DNA from: a virus
Taxonomy: Duplodnaviria; Heunggongvirae; Uroviricota; Caudoviricetes
Length of the DNA: 5,114 nucleotides
IMG/VR virus record: IMGVR_UViG_2690316227_000010
Span: 1 to 5,114 of that record
Strand: one strand, 5' to 3'
Shown: positions 1 to 5,114 of the stretch, piece after piece
How the letters are laid out: each line of letters opens with the position of its first letter
Numbering within the stretch: the first letter of the stretch is position 1
Notes under the pieces: generated by a model
What the model was told of the DNA's origin: nothing
What the model saw: the letters and a program-made list of their open reading frames with translations, nothing else
The model's database searches: none
Made by a program: the position numbers and the translations under genes

Positions 1-1332
1 CTGGCCCTGTCCAGACTGAAAGGGGAAGAAAAAGAGCGTGCCCGGCTGGGGTATGCGGCGGATGACCTTGGTTTTGTGGGGGATTCGTATCAGGAGGCGA
101 GACAGCGTTATATCAGTAATGCTCTGGAAGCCTGGCGTAATAACGAGGCGAACAAACCTAAATCCCGGGGTGGAAAATCAGAGACGGAAAAAGCGGAAGA
201 CAGTTTTTCCCGGCTACTGAAGCAGCAGAAAGAGCAACTGGCACTGGCGGGTCAGAATACAGAGCTGGCGAAGCTGAAGTACCAGACTGCGCAGGGCGAA
301 CTGAAAACCCTGACGGAGATGCAGAAGCAGGAACTGCTGCGTAACGCGGCCCTGATTGACCAGCAAAAAATCCGGGAACAGTTGCGATCCCGGGAAGAGA
401 CCCTGAAGAATGATAATGTGGCTGCGCGTGCATCAAATGAAGCCGAACTGCTGGGGTACGGGCAGGGAGAACGAGCCAGGGAACGCATGCGGGAGTTGCA
501 GCAGATCCGCGACAGCTTCCGCCAGAAGGATGCGGACCTTCAGTCTCAGTATCAGACCGGGGATATCAGTGAGGATTTTTACAGACAGGCACGGGCACAG
601 AACGCGCAGTATCTGAGCGAACGCCTTAAGGACCAGGCAGCCTTTTATGCCGAATCGGATGCGCAGCGTGCGGACTGGCAGAAAGGCTTGCAGGAGGGGC
701 TCAGTAACTGGTTGGATAATGCGTCCGATTACGCCTCACAGGCAGCACAGCTTGCGACGGAGGGTATCTCAGGGATGGTGAATAACATCACGGAGATGCT
801 GAACGGAAATAAAGTGGAATGGCGCAGCTGGGCCTCATCAGTGCTGCAGGAAATATCAAAAGTTCTTATGAATGCCGCGATTGTCAACGGAATTAAGACG
901 GCGGCAAACGGTATGTCCGGTGCGGGAGGATTTCTCGGCAGCATTGGTGACTGGCTGGGCGGGGCGGTGGCCAATGCAAAAGGCGGCGTGTATACCTCGG
1001 CAAACCTGAGTGCGTACAGCAACAGTATTGTGGATACGCCCACGTACTTTGCCTTTGCAAAAGGGGCCGGGCTGATGGGGGAGGCCGGACCTGAAGCCAT
1101 TATGCCCCTGACGCGGGCGGCGGATGGCTCGCTGGGTGTGCGCGCGGTGGGTAGTATGTACGGCAGTGCGGGCCTGGTGTATTCCCCGGTCTACCATATC
1201 GCCATTCAGAATGACGGGACTAATGGCCAGATAGGGCCGGAGGCGGCAGGCAGTCTTGTGCAGCTGATTGACCAGCGGGTGCAGGCGGTGATGCTGTCCA
1301 TGCGACGTGACGGAGGAATGCTGAGTGGCTGA
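1..1332 (+). CDS. H: Tail tape measure protein, C-terminal portion (5' partial; ORF enters from upstream of window)
   Basis: Frame 1 is open from base 1 to TGA at 1330-1332, so the GTG at 76 in the ORF track is not the true start. Translation is Q/E/R/K/A/L-rich and coiled-coil-like (e.g. LKQQKEQLALAGQNTELAKLKYQTAQGELKTL), followed by a Gly/Ala-rich hydrophobic C-terminal segment, typical of tape measure proteins. It sits immediately upstream of M-L-K-I-J homologues. Confidence 0.9.
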   Translation: MALSRLKGEEKERARLGYAADDLGFVGDSYQEARQRYISNALEAWRNNEANKPKSRGGKSETEKAEDSFSRLLKQQKEQLALAGQNTELAKLKYQTAQGELKTLTEMQKQELLRNAALIDQQKIREQLRSREETLKNDNVAARASNEAELLGYGQGERARERMRELQQIRDSFRQKDADLQSQYQTGDISEDFYRQARAQNAQYLSERLKDQAAFYAESDAQRADWQKGLQEGLSNWLDNASDYASQAAQLATEGISGMVNNITEMLNGNKVEWRSWASSVLQEISKVLMNAAIVNGIKTAANGMSGAGGFLGSIGDWLGGAVANAKGGVYTSANLSAYSNSIVDTPTYFAFAKGAGLMGEAGPEAIMPLTRAADGSLGVRAVGSMYGSAGLVYSPVYHIAIQNDGTNGQIGPEAAGSLVQLIDQRVQAVMLSMRRDGGMLSG

Positions 1333-1666
1333 GATAAAAACGCTGCATCTGGTCCCGCGTGAAGGGATGCAGGTGAGTGAGAAGCCGTCGGTGGTGAGGG
1401 TGCGGTTTGGTGACGGTTATGAACAGCGCCGCCCCACAGGGCTGAATCCTCAACTGAAGACGTTTCAGGCGGTGTTCCGGGTGACGGATGAGTCAACCCG
1501 GCGCTGGCTGGAAGAGTTTTTATCGTGGCATGGTGGTTACCGTGCCTTTTTGTGGCGACCGCCGAAACATAACCGGACGGTGAGGGTTGTGTGCCGTGAG
1601 TGGAGTGTCACGGATAATGCCCGGTACAGTGATTTCAGTTGCACGATAGAGCAGGTGGTGAACTGA
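1325..1666 (+). CDS. M: Minor tail protein M (tail tip assembly)
   Basis: 113-aa ORF, size typical of lambda gpM-family proteins, with the internal motif VRFGDGYEQR and a C-terminal EQVVN. GTG start at 1325 is preceded by GGAGG (1312-1316, 8-nt spacing) and overlaps the H stop. Alternative in-frame ATG at 1367 lacks proper SD spacing. Confidence 0.85.
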   Translation: MAEIKTLHLVPREGMQVSEKPSVVRVRFGDGYEQRRPTGLNPQLKTFQAVFRVTDESTRRWLEEFLSWHGGYRAFLWRPPKHNRTVRVVCREWSVTDNARYSDFSCTIEQVVN

Positions 1667-2364
1667 TGCAGGATATTCACGAAGAAAGTCTGAACGAGTC
1701 GGTTAAATCAGAGCAGTCACCGCGGGTGGTGCTCTGGGAAATTGACCTGACGGTGCAGGGCGGTGAGCGGTATTTTTTCTGTAATGAGCTGAATGAAAAA
1801 GGGGAGCCGGTCACCTGGCAGGGGCGGCAATATCAGGCATACCCGATTGACGGCAGCGGTTTTGAGATGAACGGGAAGGGCAGCAGTGCCAGACCGTCGC
1901 TGACGGTGTCCAATCTGTTTGGTCTGGTCACCGGGATGGCGGAGGACCTGCAGAGCCTGGTGGGGGCCACGGTGGTCCGCCGCCGGGTGTATGCCCGTTT
2001 TCTGGATGCGGTGAATTTTGTGGCGGGCAATCCGGAAGCGGACCCGGAGCAGGAGCTGAGCGACCGCTGGGTGGTGGAGCAGATGTCAGAGCTGACGGCC
2101 ATGACAGCCTCGTTTGTGCTGGCAACACCGACGGAGACGGACGGAGCGCTGTTTCCCGGTCGTATCATGCTGGCGAACACCTGTATGTGGACCTACCGCT
2201 CTGATGAGTGTGGTTACACGGGCGGGGCTGTGGCGGATGAGTTCGATAAACCCACCACGGATATCCGTAAGGACAGATGCAGCAAGTGCATGCGCGGGTG
2301 TGAGATGCGCGGCATGGTGGCTAATTTTGGCGGTTTCCTTTCCATCAATAAACTTTCGCAGTAA
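1666..2364 (+). CDS. L: Minor tail protein L (tail tip, Fe-S cluster-binding family)
   Basis: 232-aa ORF from ATG 1666 (MQDIHEESLNE...), which overlaps the M stop as TGATG. AGGTGG SD at 1653-1658. C-terminal cysteine cluster (C..DEC..DRCSKCMRGC) characteristic of gpL-family proteins. Ends FLSINKLSQ, TAA at 2362-2364. The ORF-track start at 1639 lies inside M and is rejected. Confidence 0.9.
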   Translation: MQDIHEESLNESVKSEQSPRVVLWEIDLTVQGGERYFFCNELNEKGEPVTWQGRQYQAYPIDGSGFEMNGKGSSARPSLTVSNLFGLVTGMAEDLQSLVGATVVRRRVYARFLDAVNFVAGNPEADPEQELSDRWVVEQMSELTAMTASFVLATPTETDGALFPGRIMLANTCMWTYRSDECGYTGGAVADEFDKPTTDIRKDRCSKCMRGCEMRGMVANFGGFLSINKLSQ

Positions 2365-2374
2365 ATCCTGTTTT

Positions 2375-3118
2375 ATGACACAGACTGAATCAGCGATTCT
2401 GGCGCATGCCCGGCGGTGTGCGCCTGCGGAGTCGTGCGGCTTCGTGGTGAGAACGCCGGAGGGGGAGCGGTATATCCCTTGTGTGAATATCTCTGCAGAG
2501 CCGGAGGCGTATTTTCGTATTGCACCGGAAGACTGGCTGCGGGCAGAGATGCAGGGGGAGATTGTGGCACTGGTCCACAGTCATCCCGGTGGTCTGCCCT
2601 GGCTGAGCGAGGCCGACCGGCGGCTGCAGATAAAAAGTGCACTGTCCTGGTGGCTGGTCTGCCGGGGGGACATTCATAAATTCCGCTGTGTGCCGCACCT
2701 GACGGGACGGCGCTTTGCGCACGGGGTGACGGACTGTTACACGCTGTTCCGGGATGCCTACCATCTGGCGGGAATTGATATGCCGGATTTTGAGCGTGAG
2801 GATGACTGGTGGCGCAACGGCCAGAACCTGTACCTGGACAATATGGCGGTCACCGGCTTTTACCGGGTGCCCCTGTCCTCTGCACAGGCGGGCGATATTC
2901 TGCTGTGCTGCTTTGGCGCATCGGTGGCCAATCATGCCGCCATATACTGCGGCAACGGTGAACTGCTTCACCATCTGCCTGAACAACTGAGTAAACGGGA
3001 GAGGTATTCCGAAAAATGGCAACGACGAACGCATTCAGCCTGGCGTCACCGCCACTGGCACGCATCTGCCTTCACGGGGATTTGCAACGATTTGGCCGCC
3101 GCCTCAGCCTGTACGTGA
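2375..3118 (+). CDS. K: Tail assembly protein K (N-terminal JAB/MPN metalloprotease-like domain plus C-terminal NlpC/P60-like domain)
   Basis: 247 aa from ATG 2375, 10 nt after the L stop. Contains the JAMM motif HSHPGGLPWLSEAD (H-x-H-x7-S-x2-D) and, downstream, NlpC/P60-like catalytic residues (Cys in VTDCYTLF, His in ANHAAIY, HH in LLHHLP). No strong SD, so the start is probably translationally coupled to L. The open frame upstream to 2114 overlaps L and is not coding. Confidence 0.85.
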   Translation: MTQTESAILAHARRCAPAESCGFVVRTPEGERYIPCVNISAEPEAYFRIAPEDWLRAEMQGEIVALVHSHPGGLPWLSEADRRLQIKSALSWWLVCRGDIHKFRCVPHLTGRRFAHGVTDCYTLFRDAYHLAGIDMPDFEREDDWWRNGQNLYLDNMAVTGFYRVPLSSAQAGDILLCCFGASVANHAAIYCGNGELLHHLPEQLSKRERYSEKWQRRTHSAWRHRHWHASAFTGICNDLAAASACT

Positions 3119-3696
3119 ACACGGCAGCGGAAGCCATCCGTGCCCTGTCGATGCAGATGCCGGGCTTTCGCCGTCAGATGAACGAAGGCTGGTACCAGAT
3201 ACGTATTCGCGGTGAGGACACGGCACCGGAGGCGGTGTACGCCCGTCTTCACGAACCTCTGGGTGAGGGGGCGGTCATCCATATTGTGCCGCGACTGGTC
3301 GGAGCCGGAAAGGGCGGACTGCAGATTGTGCTGGGGGCGGCGGCCATCGTGGGGTCGTTCTTCACGGCCGGGGCATCAATGGCGTTATGGGGTTCAGCCC
3401 TGGCAGCCGGTGGTTTTTCTGCCACCACGATGCTGTTTTCACTGGGGGCTAGCATGATACTGGGCGGTGTGGCCCAGATGCTGGCACCGAAGGCAAAAAC
3501 ACCGGATTACCGCGCAACGGATAACGGTAAACAGAACACGTATTTTTCCTCACTGGACAATATGATTGCCCAGGGTAACCCGATGCCGGTGCCTTATGGT
3601 GAAATGCTGGTTGGTTCACGACGGATATCCCAGGACATCAGTACCCGTGATGAAGGCGGTGGCGGAAAGGTTGTGGTTATCGGGCGGCAGGGGTAA
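3016..3696 (+). CDS. I: Tail assembly protein I (N-terminal ubiquitin-like beta-grasp domain, Gly-rich hydrophobic C-terminal region)
   Basis: 226 aa from ATG 3016 with GGGAGAGG upstream (2997-3004). Starts 103 nt inside the 3' end of K in a different frame, the overlap architecture typical of lambda-like K/I pairs. N-terminus MATTNAFSLASPPLARICLHGDLQRFGRR..., then GxxxG-rich hydrophobic stretch (GAAAIVGSFFTAGASMALWGSALAAGG...). TAA at 3694-3696. Confidence 0.88.
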   Translation: MATTNAFSLASPPLARICLHGDLQRFGRRLSLYVNTAAEAIRALSMQMPGFRRQMNEGWYQIRIRGEDTAPEAVYARLHEPLGEGAVIHIVPRLVGAGKGGLQIVLGAAAIVGSFFTAGASMALWGSALAAGGFSATTMLFSLGASMILGGVAQMLAPKAKTPDYRATDNGKQNTYFSSLDNMIAQGNPMPVPYGEMLVGSRRISQDISTRDEGGGGKVVVIGRQG

Positions 3697-3728
3697 AAAG
3701 AATAAAACAATCCCGCAGAGTTGCGGGG
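3697..3728 (-). terminator. Candidate Rho-independent terminator oriented for the minus strand
   Basis: Hairpin CCCGCA (3712-3717) / TGCGGG (3722-3727), loop GAGT. On the minus strand it is followed by TTGTTTTATTCTTTTT (complement of 3695-3710). On the + strand the hairpin is followed by GACAGACAAAG (not U-rich), so it is minus-oriented. Abuts the I stop codon. Confidence 0.4.
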
Positions 3729-3739
3729 ACAGACAAAGA

Positions 3740-3749
3740 TTAACGTTAA
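3740..3749. repeat. Perfect 10-bp palindrome TTAACGTTAA; ATTAACG recurs at 3786-3792
   Basis: TTAACGTTAA equals its own reverse complement. Sits immediately before the AAGGAG at 3748-3753. Possible protein-binding site, or chance in AT-rich DNA. Confidence 0.15.
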
Positions 3750-3759
3750 GGAGTTATTT

Positions 3760-3864
3760 TTGTTTCTGGTGCTCGGGCAAAAAAACATTAACGCAGAGAA
3801 ATTATTAGCACCACAGTCAGTTTGTGAAAATGTGAAGATATTCAGAAGTTTTATTCCGTCATGA
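3760..3864 (+). CDS. Hypothetical small ORF (34 codons, TTG start) in the I-J spacer; speculative
   Basis: AAGGAG (3748-3753) lies 6 nt before TTG 3760. Frame is open to TGA 3862-3864 and would encode (M)FLVLGQKNINAEKLLAPQSVCENVKIFRSFIPS. Ends 2 nt before the + strand terminator hairpin. No homology assessable; TTG start and short length make this weak. Confidence 0.15.
   Translation: MFLVLGQKNINAEKLLAPQSVCENVKIFRSFIPS
3831..3846. promoter_or_regulatory. CRP-like motif TGTGA-N6-TCAGA (9/10 match to the TGTGA-N6-TCACA core)
   Basis: tgtgaagatattcaga at 3831-3846, flanked by AAAA on the left. An additional TGTGAA copy lies at 3823-3828. A single match in AT-rich DNA, so it could be chance. 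Confidence 0.2.
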
Positions 3865-3866
3865 TG

Positions 3867-3897
3867 CAGGCATCCTCCGGGATGCCTGTTGTTTTTG
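3867..3897 (+). terminator. Candidate Rho-independent terminator (+ strand): 9-bp stem, 4-nt loop, U-rich tail
   Basis: CAGGCATCC (3867-3875) pairs perfectly with GGATGCCTG (3880-3888), loop TCCG, followed by TTGTTTTTGTG (3889-3899). On the minus strand the downstream sequence is not U-rich, so the orientation is +. Lies 33 nt upstream of the J ATG. Confidence 0.55.
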
Positions 3898-3918
3898 TGC
3901 GTAACAGTTATCACAGTA

Positions 3919-3927
3919 AAGGGTGAG
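3919..3927 (+). promoter_or_regulatory. Shine-Dalgarno region for J
   Basis: AAGGGTGAG located 3-7 nt upstream of ATG 3931. Confidence 0.6.
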
Positions 3928-3930
3928 ACA

Positions 3931-5114
3931 ATGGGCAAAGGTGGCGGCAAGGCGCACACACCGCGCGAGGCGAAGGACAATCTCAAATCCACGCAGATGA
4001 TGAGTGTGATTGATGCGATTGGTGAGGGACCGATAGAAGGCCCGGTGAAGGGGCTGCAGAGTATCCTGGTGAACAAAACCCCGCTGACGGACACGGACGG
4101 CAATCCTGTGATACACGGTGTGACCGCGGTCTGGCGCGCCGGGGAGCAGGAGCAGACACCACCGGAAGGCTTTGAGTCCTCCGGAGCTGAAACCGGACTG
4201 GGCGTGGAAGTGACGAAGGCAAAGCCGGTAACGCGCACCATTACGTCCGCGAACATTGACCGCCTGCGGGTTACCTTCGGGGTGCAGTCACTGGTGGAGA
4301 CCACCTCAAAGGGTGACCGTAACCCGACGTCTGTCCGCCTGCTGATTCAGCTTGAGCGTGGTGGTAAATGGATGACGGAAAAGGATGTCACCATTAACGG
4401 CAAGACCACCTCACAGTACCTGGCGTCGGTGATTCTGGATAATCTGCCTCCCCGTCCTTTTAACATCCGGATGGTCCGGGAGACAGCGGACAGCACCACG
4501 GACCAGTTGCAGAATAAGACGCTCTGGTCGTCATACACCGAAATCATCGATGTGAAACAGTGCTACCCGAACACGGCGATTGTGGGGCTGCAGGTGGATG
4601 CGGAGCAGTTTGGCGGTCAGCAGATGACGGTGAACTACCATATCCGCGGTCGCATCATCCAGGTACCGTCAAACTATGACCCGGAAAAACGCACTTACAG
4701 CGGCATCTGGGACGGCAGCCTGAAACCGGCATACAGCAACAACCCTGCCTGGTGCCTGTGGGACATGCTGACTCACCCGCGCTACGGCATGGGAAAACGT
4801 CTGGGGGCGGCGGATGTGGACAAGTGGGCGCTGTATGCCATCGGGCAGTACTGCGACCAGATGGTGCCGGATGGCTTCGGGGGCACCGAGCCGCGGATGA
4901 CCTTCAATGCGTACCTGGCACAACAGCGTAAGGCGTGGGATGTTCTCAGTGATTTCTGCTCGGCGATGCGCTGTATGCCGGTATGGAACGGTCAGACGCT
5001 GACGTTCGTTCAGGACCGCCCGTCGGATGTGGTGTGGCCGTACACCAACAGCGATGTGGTGGTGGATGATAACGGCGTGGGGTTTCGCTACAGCTTCAGC
5101 GCCCTGAAGGACCG
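3931..5114 (+). CDS. J: Host specificity protein J / central tail fibre (tail tip), N-terminal ~394 aa; 3' partial, continues past window end
   Basis: Frame 1 is open from ATG 3931 to the window end with no stop, so it is missing from the ORF track. SD AAGGGTGAG at 3919-3927. N-terminus MGKGGGKAHTPREAKDNLKSTQMMSVIDAIGEGPIEGPV... and later ...TLWSSYTEIIDVKQCYPNTAIVGLQVD...AWCLWDMLTHPRYGMGKRLG... are characteristic of lambda-J-family proteins. Position directly after I agrees. Confidence 0.9.
   Translation, partial: MGKGGGKAHTPREAKDNLKSTQMMSVIDAIGEGPIEGPVKGLQSILVNKTPLTDTDGNPVIHGVTAVWRAGEQEQTPPEGFESSGAETGLGVEVTKAKPVTRTITSANIDRLRVTFGVQSLVETTSKGDRNPTSVRLLIQLERGGKWMTEKDVTINGKTTSQYLASVILDNLPPRPFNIRMVRETADSTTDQLQNKTLWSSYTEIIDVKQCYPNTAIVGLQVDAEQFGGQQMTVNYHIRGRIIQVPSNYDPEKRTYSGIWDGSLKPAYSNNPAWCLWDMLTHPRYGMGKRLGAADVDKWALYAIGQYCDQMVPDGFGGTEPRMTFNAYLAQQRKAWDVLSDFCSAMRCMPVWNGQTLTFVQDRPSDVVWPYTNSDVVVDDNGVGFRYSFSALKD

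Noticed and set aside
38-220. 60-aa + strand ORF in another frame at the left edge
   Set aside because: It is embedded in the continuous tape-measure reading frame (frame 1 is open from base 1). Arg/Lys-rich alternate-frame artefact.
158-1496. Multiple minus-strand ORFs (158-436, 252-488, 729-1100, 856-1197, 1206-1496, 1220-1453) antisense to H and M
   Set aside because: Overlapping, mutually inconsistent antisense frames with Pro/Ser/Arg/Ala-rich low-complexity translations. Typical of GC-rich coding DNA, not genes.
1639-1665. ORF-track start of L at 1639 (MHDRAGGEL...)
   Set aside because: It lies inside the M coding sequence. The ATG at 1666 has an AGGTGG SD at proper spacing and gives a 232-aa product typical of gpL.
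2114-2374. Upstream extension of the K frame (ORF track start at 2114), overlapping L
   Set aside because: This part is simply open frame overlapping the L coding region. The conserved-looking K N-terminus (MTQTESAIL...) begins at ATG 2375, right after the L stop.
1833-3455. Minus-strand and alternate-frame ORFs inside L, K and I (1833-2180, 1928-2128, 2373-2642, 2390-3034, 2416-2679, 2754-2990, 2850-3065, 3046-3282, 3212-3457, 3249-3455)
   Set aside because: All lie within strongly supported + strand genes, have no start context, and translate to low-complexity sequence. The one genuine dual-coding stretch is the K/I overlap (3016-3118), which is captured in the features.
3566-3808. 80-aa + strand ORF in frame 2 running from inside I into the spacer
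   Set aside because: Its first two-thirds is an alternate frame of I, and it has no SD. The portion in the spacer is short and Cys/Arg-rich, so it is more likely chance.
3861-3926. 21-codon ATG ORF (MMQASSGMPVVFVRNSYHSKG) overlapping the + strand terminator hairpin and the J SD
   Set aside because: No SD upstream, and the sequence is better explained as the terminator hairpin plus the J ribosome-binding site.
3594-4304. 236-aa minus-strand ORF spanning the I 3' end, the entire I-J spacer and the J 5' end
   Set aside because: It is antisense to two well-supported genes, runs straight through both terminator-like hairpins, and its translation is low-complexity (Pro/Ser/Thr/Cys-rich) as expected for an antisense frame of GC-rich coding DNA. 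No SD or plausible start context.
3859-4923. Minus-strand ORFs within J (3859-4116, 3983-4222, 4347-4547, 4669-4923)
   Set aside because: Antisense to the strongly supported J reading frame. Low-complexity translations.
1-5114. CRISPR arrays, tRNA/rRNA genes, IS elements or integrase/att sites
   Set aside because: I found no regularly spaced direct repeats, no tRNA-like cloverleaf candidates, and no terminal inverted repeats or transposase-like ORFs. The window is almost entirely accounted for by the six tail genes.

Overview
This window is a contiguous, same-strand block of a lambda-like (lambdoid siphovirus) tail-tip morphogenesis module, most likely from an enterobacterial phage or prophage. 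Reading the + strand it contains the 3' end of the tape measure gene (H-like, enters from upstream), then M, L, K, I homologues, and the 5' end of the host-specificity/central tail fibre gene (J-like, runs off the right edge). Calls rest on ORF order, sizes, overlap architecture and recognisable motifs (JAMM HxHx7Sx2D and NlpC/P60 Cys/His residues in K, a C-terminal Cys cluster in L, a Gly-rich hydrophobic tail in I); no database search was possible. The J-like ORF is absent from the supplied ORF track, presumably because it has no stop in the window; I called it by reading frame 1 from ATG 3931. The only region not explained by canonical tail genes is the 234-bp I-J spacer (3697-3930). It is AT-rich relative to the flanking genes, holds a strong intrinsic-terminator-like hairpin with a U-tract on the + strand just upstream of the J ribosome-binding site, a second terminator-like hairpin oriented for the minus strand just after the I stop, a CRP-like TGTGA-N6-TCAGA motif, a 10-bp palindrome and a possible 34-codon ORF. 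I interpret this as a candidate small moron-like or sRNA-bearing insertion and rank it as the best lead in the window. Everything else looks like an ordinary, well-described tail module.
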